A stretch of 64,000 nt of DNA from Naegleria gruberi (lineage: Eukaryota): NCBI GenBank assembly GCA_000004985.1, contig GG738848.1. One strand, 5' to 3'. Below the pieces are notes generated by a model. It did no database searches. It worked only from the letters and a program-made list of their open reading frames with translations, and was not told where the DNA came from. How positions within the stretch are numbered: position 1 is the first letter of the stretch; each line of letters begins with the position of its first letter. Below, one piece after another: positions 1-11,434 of this stretch. Made by a program: the position numbers and the translations under genes.

Positions 1-517
1 TTGTGGAATAAGCACATGTAAGATATCTTTGATTTGTGAACACAGGCTCAAAAAAACAAGTTCTCTTCACATTAAATTGACTTCCTCTTTCCAGATATGA
101 ACACAATGTTGGTAATACCAAATATGGATCCAATTTAAATCGATTTTCAAAATATTCCTCTCTAAAATTTGGTTGACTCCACAATTCCACTAATAATTCC
201 GCCAAACTCATTCTCTCCATTTGATGTTCATGAAAATAATGAGGCAAATGTTTGCACAAATGATCACAAATAAATAATAATTCTTCACGTAACAATTTTT
301 CATCCGATTGTTTGTATTTGTTGTAGGTTTCGTTGGTAGTAGTGCAAAATTCTGATAGATCTCCTCGATGAAGAGACATTATTTGATCAGCCAAGCCTTG
401 AAAAATCACAACAGAAGGTCCTCCTGCAATTAGAAAATATTGGTGGTGGTATTCATTTGTGTTGGAGTGATGTCCTGAATTGATATGCTTGGTTGGAAGA
501 GAATTGTTTGCACCCAT
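1..517 (-). CDS. Partial CDS (N-terminal part, runs off the window edge) of an unidentified protein. The start codon is at about 515-517 (MGANNSLPTKH...). It is not in the ORF track because no stop lies within the window
   Basis: The minus-strand frame is uninterrupted for about 172 codons from an ATG at about 517 down to position 1 (MGANNSLPTKHINSGHHSNTNEYHHQYFLIAGGPSVVIFQGLADQ...LVELWSQPNFREEYFENRFKLDPYLVL...). The MGxxxS N-terminus fits the N-myristoylation consensus. No family could be assigned by eye. Confidence 0.45.
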   Translation of the reverse strand, partial: MGANNSLPTKHINSGHHSNTNEYHHQYFLIAGGPSVVIFQGLADQIMSLHRGDLSEFCTTTNETYNKYKQSDEKLLREELLFICDHLCKHLPHYFHEHQMERMSLAELLVELWSQPNFREEYFENRFKLDPYLVLPTLCSYLERGSQFNVKRTCFFEPVFTNQRYLTCAYST

Positions 518-1400
518 TTTTTTGTAATAGATCAGCAATTACAACAGCACTACACATCATACCACCAAACAGCAATGCAAAGGTACTCACTGACAGTGAA
601 ATAGCGGTCAAAATAATTAACAACACAAATTACAAAGGTCAATTTAAGCAAATCAAAGATGAAATTACCAACCTCATCAGCACTAAAAAACTTCAAGCAT
701 CCATCGAATGGACAAAAGCTCATACAGGAATAACAGATGGAAATAACTACGCTGATAAGAAAGCCAAACAAGCCTCACGAATAGGACATCGAATTGCACC
801 CCAACATCTACTAACTCAAGGGCAATTAATTATCACCAATTCGAAAAAAGTTTGGAAAAGTAGAATCAAAGGAGTACTTAGGGAAAAGCTCTACGATCAA
901 GGAACATCCGAACTCATCAACAGAACAAATCTCAATTACCTCAAAGAACATACCACCCCAACTCACAAATACTCAATCTGGAGGCTCATGATAAATGGAC
1001 ACTTAAGAAGCCTCATAGTAGACAACCCACAATGCCCAACATGTAACAAAAACCTTGACACAGAACACCTCTTCATAGAATGCCCAGAAATGAATTCAGC
1101 AAGAAACTGGATGATTGAAGAAATCAAAAAAAATCAATCTCGAACCAGTACTAAGCACAGAGAGGACAGAAATATTAACACCAAACTCATTCCAACTGAA
1201 TATCTTTGGTATTCTGACAAAACCTATTCAAGGTATTATCAAAGAACAATGGCCCAAGATACAAGGAGGCCTCTCACTTTTTGGAGGAAGAGTACAAAAA
1301 CAATACAACAAAATCTTAAAAATTCAATAAGACGTTCCAAATGGACGAACCCGTCGGGTTCATTCGATTAATAAACGTTTAAATTTTTTTGTAATAGAAA
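493..1400 (+). mobile_element. 5'-truncated non-LTR retrotransposon (LINE) fragment: RNase H domain plus a C-terminal Cys/His motif, followed by an A-rich tail with AATAAA
   Basis: ORF 493..1371 carries an RNase H signature (VLTDSEIAVKIINN...IEWTKAHTGITDGNNYADKKAKQAS) and a downstream PQCPTCNKNLDTEHLFIECP zinc-knuckle-like motif, as seen at the 3' end of I/LOA/R1/Tad-type LINE ORF2. No RT domain is possible upstream because 1..517 is occupied by a minus-strand gene. An A/T-rich tail with aataaa follows the stop. Confidence 0.55.
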
Positions 1401-1520
1401 CTGGAATTTTATGTACTAATAAAATTAAAAAATAAATAGTTAAATATTAAACAAACGCGTCACCACCAAATCATTTGGTGAGATGATAAAAAACAATCTT
1501 GCTTTGAGTTAAAAATCAGA

Positions 1521-1594
1521 TACCGACAATGGGGCTCGAACCCACGACCCCAGGATTAGAAGTCCTGTGCTCTATCCAACTGAGCTATGACGGC
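1521..1594 (-). tRNA. tRNA-Arg (anticodon UCU), with one U:U mismatch at pair 5:68 of the acceptor stem
   Basis: The reverse complement reads GCCGTCATAGCTCAGTTGGATAGAGCACAGGACTTCTAATCCTGGGGTCGTGGGTTCGAGCCCCATTGTCGGTA. This gives a cloverleaf with the D-arm GCTC/GAGC, the anticodon loop CTTCTAA and the T-loop TTCGAGC. Confidence 0.65.
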
Positions 1595-1859
1595 TTACAT
1601 TCTCAATGAAATTTATCTTCAAATGTGGCTCTATTCGGTCTGGGAAAGGTTACTTTGGTTGCAACACTGCTTTAAATTTTCTATTGAAGTGAAACCTTTC
1701 TTAAATAAAACAACGCTCCCAACTTTATAATAAACACAACGAAAGTGGACACTAACGTAACATAATCTTTGCTTTCTTTCTCATGTGCTTAAATGCTAAC
1801 AAATTTCATCTATTCCACTGAAATTAATTGGTGATGTAGAAAGCAAACTAGATAAATTT

Positions 1860-2741
1860 TTATTCCTTTGTGGCTATAACAATAGTAACTTCATTACCCA
1901 TTGGATTATTACTTTGATAAATTTCATCAGCGTAGGTTTCCATCTTGGTTTTGAATTGTTGAACTTGTTCTTCAGAGACAGTTTGGAGAAGATTTCTGAT
2001 ATCTGGAGTTCCTACATTGAGTTCAGTGAATTCCTTTGCATTGAGAGCATGGAATGGTTGGAATTGATACCAAGAAAGACAAGTTTTGAATCCTCTAGAT
2101 AAGACACGTTCTCTCAATTGATCTCTATTGTGCAGATGGAATGGACTTCTGACAGGTGGCTTGTTATCAACCATTCCCCATTCCTTCTTGCATTCCATAA
2201 TAACTTTTGGAACAACAGTAAATTGTGGAGAGTTTGCTGGTCTTCCCCAAACTGAAAAACAGGCACGTCCTGACTTTTTCAAAACTCTTGACACCTCGGA
2301 AAGTACCTTATCAGGATTTGGAACAAGATGCAAACAATAATTAGAAAAGACAGCATCAAAAGTTTCATCTTCGAAAGGCAATTCCTCAGCAGAAGCATCC
2401 ACATAATCAATCTTTCTATTAAATGGTGCTTGAGTAAGAACTTGACATTTTTCTTCTGTTAATTTAATCATTTCCTTTGATAAATCTAAAGAAGTCAAAT
2501 GACCATCCTTGTGCATTGATGAAGCGATCAAATACGAGCCACCTCCGCCTCCACATCCTAAATCTAAAATTCTTAAAACTTTATCATTTTGCTCTCTGAT
2601 GCCCAACAAGGACACTAAAGAGTAGGCAGTAATGTTGGTGGATGGTTCTAACAATTCTTGAAATATTTTGGAAAATTCGTCCCACTTTTTCTTTAATTCC
2701 TCTGTTCCGAGAATGATTGGTTCTGTTGATTGTTGTTGCAT
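1860..2741 (-). CDS. Class I SAM-dependent methyltransferase (Methyltransf_11-like), single exon
   Basis: 293-aa ORF with the motif I glycine-rich loop LDLGCGGGGGSY, an acidic residue after beta-2 (SLDLS) and a post-motif II region (FDAVFSNYCLHLVPN) typical of small-molecule MTases. Confidence 0.7.
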   Translation of the reverse strand: MQQQSTEPIILGTEELKKKWDEFSKIFQELLEPSTNITAYSLVSLLGIREQNDKVLRILDLGCGGGGGSYLIASSMHKDGHLTSLDLSKEMIKLTEEKCQVLTQAPFNRKIDYVDASAEELPFEDETFDAVFSNYCLHLVPNPDKVLSEVSRVLKKSGRACFSVWGRPANSPQFTVVPKVIMECKKEWGMVDNKPPVRSPFHLHNRDQLRERVLSRGFKTCLSWYQFQPFHALNAKEFTELNVGTPDIRNLLQTVSEEQVQQFKTKMETYADEIYQSNNPMGNEVTIVIATKE

Positions 2742-3038
2742 TTTTTTTGTAATTGGTCTTCAGGTTTGTATCAATACAAGAGATAAATAAACTTACACCT
2801 TTTGTTTTTTTGTAATGGAAAAGAATTAATCCATGCGTAGCGGTCAATTCATTGAAACATGCCATTTTGATTGAGAATAAGTCATGGTGTTATTGCTTTT
2901 GGATATGGATTTTCAGTAGATCTATTTTGTCCGCAGGCTGTTGTTGTGAAAAAAGATAATTCGAAAATGAATGCATAGGCAGTTTTCCAAATTGTCAGAG
3001 ATTCCATCCCACCAACTTCAGGATAAACAACATCTTCA

Positions 3039-3900
3039 TCAGTACATGATTTTACACTCCTTTTCAAAGTCCAAATAGGAAATAATGTACTTGCACCACC
3101 TAGAGTTTCCTTTCAGTTTGTGCAACAAATTGTTCATTAGAAATCTTTCCATTTCTTCCACTTCCATTTTATAATAAGAAGGGTAACTTAAACTTCTCAT
3201 ATCCAAAGCAACAGCTTTGTCTAATAAATCCTCTTTGATATGGTCTGTGAAATCGGGTTTGTTGGCAAGAATTCCACATTCAATTGATTTCAATACTAGA
3301 TCCCTATCATCTTGTAATTCGGCTGATGCAAAAAACCATGCTAATCTATTGTGTTCTATTGCCAACAACATTTTTTCCTTGTTTGTGTTAATGTGAGGAA
3401 ATTCCTGGATCAGTTGAGGATAAGTGGTTATTGCAGAAAAAAATAATTCCTCATCCTTAAATTTCCCATCAATAAAATACCATATTCTCCCATTAAGCTT
3501 AAGAGCTTCCCTAATAAATTCCTTGTCAACCACAAATTTGGAACTCAATAAAACTTTTGTGTTCACTTTAGCCGTGCTTAAAATAAAATCTCTATCATTC
3601 CATAATTCTTCTAAATTCTTCTGAAAGTAATGCAATGGGTTTGTTGCTCATTTGAAGAGCAGCCAGTAAGATATCCTTATCAGTAATGAATTCTCTACGA
3701 ATGTATTTAACTGCCTTCTTATTGGCCTTAATAGCTAAAAGCATAAATTTCTTCCATTATCAAACTGTCTGGTAAATATTTTAACATGAATTTGGGCATT
3801 ACCCTCTCACGAGCAGCTTTCATTAGTGATTTTTTGTCTTTCTTCAGTCCTGGATATTTCCAAGTAGTAACAATCAAAATGCTCCTTTACTTCCTTCTTC
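3039..3900 (-). CDS. DUF4116-like repeat protein, with the reading frame interrupted upstream of 3635 (intron or frameshift/pseudogene)
   Basis: ORF 3039..3635 has repeated 'DxEfvLxAvkxNgxaLxya' units (DRDFILSTAKVNTKVL, DKEFIREALKLNGRIWYF, DRDLVLKSIECGI). A second in-phase-shifted open stretch sits upstream at 3636..3720 (MLLAIKANKKAVKYIRREFITDKDILLAALQMSNKPIALLSEEF) with the same repeat type. Confidence 0.4.
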
Positions 3901-4604
3901 ATCATCAATTCAAGGATTGTTGCATAATAGTATCAATTCGAACATTAATGCATTGAATAATAATGTATCACAAACAACATTAGGTGGGATCAGTTAATTG
4001 TTGAATCCAACTACTGTTAATTTCAATCAACAAACAAGTCATCATTTTTAGCCAATTTACTTGGTTGACTCGATGACTCCTCACATTTTCTTTTCAACAT
4101 TTTTTTGTTATTAAAAATTAATTATTATTGTAATTATTAGTTAAAATATTACAAAATGTTCAACATCAAATCAATTTCCAATAAAGTAAAAGTCTATAAT
4201 TAGTCTTTGTATTGGCTCAACCAAATATTTGAGATTAATAATCTTTAACCACAATCCAATTCTTTTTTCCCTCTCAATCCGATCTACAACCTCACCATCA
4301 TCATGTATTGTTGGTTAAGTCGTAGCGAAAACTTAAACAAAAAACCCTTAAAAAAATTAGAAAAAGGGCCACCCGATAAAAACATCATAAAAAATGTGGG
4401 TGGTATACTGCGGCTTAACTTTTTAGCTTCAGACATGATCAGGTGGACTTTGTCTTTTATTAGCATTCATATTATGATGATAAATTTGAGACTAGAAAGT
4501 TAAATTGAAAGTGGGAAAGGAAACACTTTAAAATAATTTTATTGAATAATAGTATTCGGAATGGGAGTTTCGGATTACAGTTTTGGATCTTTTTCGTTAA
4601 AAAA

Positions 4605-5537
4605 ATGATTTCACTTGGAAAGGGAGCATTGCTTTCACTCTCATTGCTTATTCTTGTTGCTGTTCAACTTGCAACTTGTCAATATGTTACTTTTACATAC
4701 AATACTGGAAATGTGGCAAACAACAATACTGTAATGGAAATTAATTTAAAGGATGGCTCTACTATTAGAAAATCTAAATTGTCAAATGCAGAAATGTACT
4801 TTCAAATTACTGGATATGCCACAAATTATAATGAAATGAAAATGTACATGCTCTTTGGTGATAGTAATGAATTGTGGACTTTTGATGCTAAAACCTTGGC
4901 AATGGAAAAGAATATTTTGGGAATTGATGCCAGTGCAATTACTGATATTCAATTTGACCAAAAAACATCAACTCTTTATGCCATTGTTCAAAACGAGAGA
5001 AATTACATTCAATCCTATAATTTCAAAACTCAACAATTGGAAATTGTCATGACTTTCAACGATACTATGGCCACTATTTTGGGTGCTTCTACCTATGACT
5101 CTAAGAATGGAATTTACTATGTTGGTGGTGCTTTTGGAAAGAATAATGCTATTGTTGGATGTGATGTTAGAAATAGAAAGATTGTTTCTCAAATTCTCTT
5201 TTTAGATGGTGACGAATTCAATGGATTGAGCTATGATGGCCACACCAACAAGTTGCATGGATTGTATACTAAGGGAAATTGTACCACCGACTGTACCTCA
5301 ATGATTAGCATTGATGGATTGACTGGAAAGAGAGAATTCTGGCAACCAAAGAATCTTCCAATTGGTATCCTTGGTCTCTATTCAAACTCTGCTTATGAAG
5401 GTTTCTACTTTTATCAAGTTATCAATAATGGACTCTACAACTTTGGAATGATCAATTTGGCCACCAAGCAAGTAGTTAGAAATTACAGAATTTATGACAA
5501 TTTCATTTATGGTGCCTTCTTTAAGGACTTGATTTAA
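4605..5537 (+). CDS. Secreted hypothetical protein (signal peptide, repetitive beta-strand-rich body)
   Basis: ORF 4542..5537. The likely ATG is at about 4605 (MISLGKGALLSLSLLILVAVQLATCQ is a signal peptide). There are N-glyc sites and YVGG/LYxxG repeat-like motifs. No family was recognised. Confidence 0.45.
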   Translation: MISLGKGALLSLSLLILVAVQLATCQYVTFTYNTGNVANNNTVMEINLKDGSTIRKSKLSNAEMYFQITGYATNYNEMKMYMLFGDSNELWTFDAKTLAMEKNILGIDASAITDIQFDQKTSTLYAIVQNERNYIQSYNFKTQQLEIVMTFNDTMATILGASTYDSKNGIYYVGGAFGKNNAIVGCDVRNRKIVSQILFLDGDEFNGLSYDGHTNKLHGLYTKGNCTTDCTSMISIDGLTGKREFWQPKNLPIGILGLYSNSAYEGFYFYQVINNGLYNFGMINLATKQVVRNYRIYDNFIYGAFFKDLI

Positions 5538-5989
5538 ACTCATTCTAAATAATTTTACTGTTATGAATGGACTTTAATGAATTTTAACATGTTTTGGAAA
5601 TAAGGAAAACGATTCTTATTGATATTAATGTGTTTACCGTTGTATAGTTCAATTTCAATCCTGATGTTACATGTTTTTGGATTACTGTAACCTTTTCGAC
5701 ATTGTTCTCAAAAGATCCCTGCCATCTTCAAGATTCGGATGGCCTTTTCACTCTTTTGCACAGTAATTTAGTCTGTTTGTAATGGATCTTTGTGTGTCAG
5801 CAAGCCTAACCGAATCCATAATTATAAAAACAAGTCCATTCAAGAAAGTCATATTTCATCTATCCCTCAACAAATTAATGAAAATTGACAGGAATGGATT
5901 GCGTAGAGTAAGATAATAACATATTTAACGCTCTCTAATCCTTCCATTACACAAAACCATCACAAGAAAAAAAACTGTCAACAACACGA

Positions 5990-8900
5990 ATGTCAAAAAT
6001 CACATCCTGTCTTTTTGCCATTCTCTTGTTGTTTATTGTAGAAGGCATTAGAGCACAATGTCCACATGCTCAGTCAGGACTTTCACTCTTCTCCTCCCTT
6101 CCACAATGGAATGTACAAGGAGCAGACCTCGTAATTTCAACACCGGTCAAGGTTGACCAAACAGCAAGCGCCGTGCTTCGTTCTATCACAATCGCTAATG
6201 GTGGTTCACTCATATTTGATGATGCTATTTTGAATTTAAATGTTGAATTTATCAAGGTTGAAAAGGGAGGTAAATTCATTGCTGGTAGCGCTGATTGTCC
6301 AATTACAAAAAAGATTACAGTTACATGCTATGGTACTAGAACTTTAGAAAATATTATTGGTAGTGATCCATATGATAATACAGCAACTGGTTATAAGGGT
6401 ATTATTGCTATGAGTGGAGCTACTCTTCAATTACATGGTGCTGTTAATCGTCCAACTTGGACTAATCTTGCCGAAACTGTTGTTAAAGGTTCTAATCGTA
6501 TCAAGACTATTGATGCTACTCAATGGAAAGTAGGTGATAAGATTGTTTTGGCTTCCACTGACTTTAGTGAAGTTGTCCAATCAAGTGCCAAACTTCCATC
6601 ATGGATGACTGGTGGTTACAAATTCCCAGACCAAAATGAAGAACGTACTATTGCATCTGTTATTGATTCTCGTACATTTACTGTTGATTTACCATTCAAC
6701 TACACTCACTGGGGTGCAGGTTATCAAAGAGCTGAAGTTGGTATCTTGAATAGAAATATTGTTTTCAGAGGTGATAATTCAAGCGCTTCTCAAGCAGGTT
6801 ATGGTGGACATTTTATGATTCGTTTGTTGGATCATTGTGAAATTAGTGGTATTGAAGTTACTGGATTTGGTCAAAAGGGTGTTATGGGAAGGTTTGTAAT
6901 TCTTGAAAGTTTTTACAATTTTAACAATTTTTTTTTACAATTTTTGTAACATATTTTTGAATAATTGATAGATATTCTGTTCACTTCCACTTGTTGGCTT
7001 ATCACTCTGAAAAGATTGGTAAGCAATTCTTTATCAAAGATTCCTCAATCCATCACTCATTCCAAAGATGTATTGTTGTCCACGATACTAATGGTTTACT
7101 TGTCAAGAATAATGTTTGTTTTGATTCATTTGGACATCAATACTTCCTGGAAGATGGGCCTGAAAATGGTAATCAATTTATTGGAAATCTCGGAATTAGA
7201 GCTCGTCCTGTTGTCAGTGGAGATCCACAACAATTAATTCCTTCAGATCATGATGTTTCTATCTTTTGGATTACTAATCCAAATAACACATATATTGGAA
7301 ATGCTGCAGTCCAAGCAAAGTTTGGCTTTTGGTACACAATGCCTGTAAATGTAAGTATTCTAAATTTGTGAAATTTTAATTATTTTAAATTTTATAAAAA
7401 TTAAATAGCCAACTGGTTTGAGTGCTTCCACTTATGGAACTACTGTCACTCCAAGAAGACTTCCATTGGGTGCTTTTATCAATAATACAGCTCACTCTTT
7501 ATTTACTGGTCTCATGGTTGATGACATGGAAAAACCTGACGGTACTACTGAATTGGCTTCTTATTCCCCACCAGTTGAAACTTGGTTCGAAGGTTTGATT
7601 GCTTACAAGAATCGTGATCGTGGTTGTTGGGCAAGAGGAGGTCCACTTGGTTTCAATAATTTCATCTTGATGGATAACAGACTTGGCTTCCTTACACCTC
7701 CAGGTCCTAATATCTTGACAAACTCATTATTTGTTGGTGAAAGTGACAATGTTGGTGAGGTTGCTAGACCTACTATTGATCTTGGTGGTCGTTCTAGACC
7801 TGGTCTTTATTCTGCTGGTGACATTATTAAGGGTCATGACACTTATGATAATGGTGGTCCTCAATACATTAAGAATGTAACCTTCCTTAATTATGTAACT
7901 AATCAATATAGAAAGGCTGGTTCCCTGGGTCAACTTATGAATGCACCATTTAAGCATCAAAGTATGAATAGATATGTAGATTTAAAGTTTGATGATGCTA
8001 CTAACAGAGTTTACATTCATGACCAATTTAATGATGCCAATAGAGGTACCACCATTTTGGATATTGATGGTTCCGTAACTGGTAGATCTCCAGGTGGTTG
8101 GATTGTTGCTAATGACACTTTATTGACTAGAAAGGGTTGCACACCAGTTCCTCTCTGGCAAGGACATAATTGTCCAGTTGCTTTGGAAGGTTATTCTCAA
8201 TTCGCTGTTGTCAACCTTAATGGAGAATTTTCTACTGAAAGTGACACTGGTTCCTATCCTGATTTGAATGTAAAGGGAAAGACAGTTGCAAGAATGTACA
8301 CTCATGATTTGACTAGAGGACTTTCTAGCTCAGTAGTTGGTGCCTTCTCATCTGATGGTTTCTTTTATTTCCACTCCAATGTACTTGTCCGTAATTTCTA
8401 TGCTGTTCGTTGGGCATTTAACATTCCTACTCCACCAGCTCTCAAATTCTCATTGGGTTCAAGTGCTAACAATGAATGGATTGTTTTCAATATTCAATAT
8501 CCAAGAACAGCCGTTTTGGATATCACTTGGTCTTCTTACAGTCAATCAGTCAGACAACCAATGAAGAAAGCCAATAATTTACAACAAATTTTGGACGATC
8601 CAACTTATTACTATTACGATTCTGCATCTGAAAATCTTTTCATCCATTTGAAGAATAGAGCTGGTAGAACAGCATTCTCTGAAAGATTCAATTTAGTTGC
8701 TTATAGTTTTGATGGTTTCAATGTTGTTGTCAATGCCACATGTGCCAATAACAAGTGTGATGTTGATGATTACAGTTTACCAAAGGATGCTGAAAAGTTT
8801 ATTAAAAAGTACAATAGAGAAGATAGATTTGCTGGTGTCATGCAACCTTGTCAAATTGCATCATCTATGACAGCTGTTAAGGGAAGTGGTATTGTTTTTG

Positions 8901-10042
8901 CTGTTTTACTTCCAAATAGAAGAACTCTTGATGTTACTGTTCACCATGATCTTTCATTGATTGCTTCAAAGATGTCTATTGGTGTTGGTGAACCTGGAAG
9001 TGAAGAAAAGTTCATTTCTCAAGTTGGTGTCAAATATTCTCCATATTCCATGTCTAGATTCTCAGTTGACTTGTCCTATGATGAAATTGCTGCATTGTTG
9101 AAGGGTAAAATCTTTATCAAACTTCACACTTTTGATTATCCAGATGGTCATTTGAGAGGTCAATTACATTGTAACCATGGTGTTAGACCAAATGGTCATG
9201 CTGCTTGTCAAGTTCCACTCAGTATTTCAGCTGCCAAGCCATGTGATCCAGTTTCTAATTCTTTCGTTTTCTACACTGATGTTGAACAATCTATCAAATC
9301 AAGTTATTCCATTTATGGTTGGTCTGATACTGTTATTGATAGAAACTTTACTGCTGCTCCAATTTGTGGTACTTCATCAATTAAAACTTCCTTATGGAAG
9401 GGTGGATTCCAAGTTTCAAAGAGTTTCAAGGCTGGAGGTCCATACAATGTGGTTGATTTGAGTGTTTACAAATATTTCGAATTCTTTGTTAGAGGACTTT
9501 CCCAAGGACAAACAACTTTGAATATTTACTTTACTGAAATTGTTAATGATGCTGCCAAAGATATTTCAAGCATGTACATTGATCCAAAGTATATTCAACA
9601 TTTCAAGATTGATGATTCCAGAACTACCAGAGTTAGAATTCCAGTTGCTGATTATCCATTCACAAACAAGACTTCACTCAATGCTGTTCAAAGAGTTGGT
9701 TTCGTTTTGAATAATCAAGCTCAAGGTACAAGAGAATTGATCTTTGATAATTTGAGATTTGTTACTGGTGAAAATGACCAGTTGGAGGATTCTGCATTCG
9801 ACACTGCTCAAATTATTTCATTTGATAAGAAGTGGGGTATTTGTAATGCTGCCAATGTTGAAAATCCAGATCTTGATCCATTGAACGTTAGATTGACTGG
9901 TTTGGAAGTTGCCGAAGCTTCTGCCATTATTCCATCCAATTCATCTGCCCCAAGAACAAGTAACGCCACTCGTGGAGGTGTTAGTTCAATGATGGTCAAT
10001 CTTCTTATTGTTTTGATGATGCTCATTACTTTCAATCTTTAA
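5990..10042 (+). CDS. CEMIP/TMEM2-like secreted protein: signal peptide, G8 domain, right-handed beta-helix (PbH1) region, C-terminal CHRD-like domain and a hydrophobic GPI-anchor-type tail. It has 3 exons: 5990..6891, 6972..7350, 7409..10042
   Basis: Three track ORFs (5990..6949, 6991..7371, 7418..10042) join in frame across GT-AG introns at gtttgt...gatag and gtaagt...aaatag, giving 3915 nt or about 1304 aa. RCIVVHDTNGLLVKNNVCFDSFGHQYFLEDGPENGNQFIGNLG matches the CEMIP/TMEM2 signature (…GHCFFTEDGPEE…). KIFIKLHTFDYPDGHLRGQLHC is a CHRD-type motif. The protein ends ...RGGVSSMMVNLLIVLMMLITFNL. Confidence 0.8.
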
Positions 10043-10408
10043 ATTGTTCCAAAACATGAAATGATTTGAATAAAAATTGTTGAAATCTGTTAAGCTCTGT
10101 CTTTGCACTTTTTGGATGTTTTTATAAGATGATAATAAGGACTTGATGTTATTTGAGGGTTAAGATTTCCTAAAGAATTTTCATTTCATCCTGGTACATT
10201 TAATATCGATGTGCACAAAACTATTAAATAAATCAATTTTGTTATTGTAAGCATTTTTTCCTTTAAATCTCTTCTTTGTCTGAAACTTTAAAGCTCCCTA
10301 AAGGTCAACAATGAAAAGAGAAGGAAAGAAATAAGATTCCTTTCTGATTTAATCTTATTCATAGTTTTAGTAGAAAATGAAATTGATCAATTATTGGTTG
10401 GATCTGGT

Positions 10409-11434
10409 TTAAATTCCACAAACAATGAGCATATCCACATATGGATAAATAAAGCTTTTGAACAAATGGTACCCATTATTAATTTCTTGATATGATACAG
10501 TTACTAGATCCAATTCATTCTTGAAGAAACACAAATACTTTTTCTTTTCATATTTGAAAAATTCCATTCTAAAGGTATACTGATTAAAGAGAAGACACCT
10601 CTCCTCGCAACAAATTAAATTTCCCTCCTCCTCAATACTTGAATCACTGAAAACATTACTCAGAGAAACGAGTAAATAATTAGATGTTGTAAAACCTCCA
10701 CTAATAGCAAGACTCAAATTTAACCAGTCCAATAGGAGATAAATTCTTCCTTCATCGTCCTGAGTCATGGCTAACACTCGATTAACTACACAATTATAAT
10801 AACCATTCCTTAATGCATTTTCCAAATTAAAGTTCTTCTTCTTTCCTCTTCCTGAAACTACTGAAATACCTTTCGGATAAGCAATGATTAATTCTTCTGC
10901 ATTCTTTCTACTCCTTTGAACAATCATTCCATCTGAAGTCTGAAACATCAAATCATCTGTTCCAATCTTTCCATCACTCACATGCACAACACCGAGACTG
11001 CAAGTCCTATTAGACGAGCATTCATTACTCGAATAATAAATCAAATCCTTCTCCCTAAATAACGAAAGCTTTCCTGGAAGATCCCCAAAACTACGAATCC
11101 ACATCACTTCACACGTTTTCTTTTTAAAATTCAACAAAAGTTTACACATCCCAGAAGCACAAAAAACAACCACTTGATCTCCATCATCATTACATAATTC
11201 CATCGCCGTTGGACGAACCAAATTCGAGACAGTTATCCGACACTTCTCCCTCAGTGTTGATAATCCATAAATTACTATGGCATTATTCTTGATGGTGAGT
11301 ATTTCTTGTTTTTTGTGGTGAATGGCAATGATCGGAAGTGCTGATAGAAGAGGTGCTGATCGTGATTGGCCCTTCGAAAGAATGGCACCTTGACGTGTTT
11401 GGAAGGGTAAGGGTCTGTGATAGAGTTGATTCAT
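10409..11434 (-). CDS. Hypothetical protein (341 aa), no recognisable domain
   Basis: Long uninterrupted ORF with coding-like composition. The 3' end is convergent with the CEMIP-like gene. Confidence 0.4.
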   Translation of the reverse strand: MNQLYHRPLPFQTRQGAILSKGQSRSAPLLSALPIIAIHHKKQEILTIKNNAIVIYGLSTLREKCRITVSNLVRPTAMELCNDDGDQVVVFCASGMCKLLLNFKKKTCEVMWIRSFGDLPGKLSLFREKDLIYYSSNECSSNRTCSLGVVHVSDGKIGTDDLMFQTSDGMIVQRSRKNAEELIIAYPKGISVVSGRGKKKNFNLENALRNGYYNCVVNRVLAMTQDDEGRIYLLLDWLNLSLAISGGFTTSNYLLVSLSNVFSDSSIEEEGNLICCEERCLLFNQYTFRMEFFKYEKKKYLCFFKNELDLVTVSYQEINNGYHLFKSFIYPYVDMLIVCGI

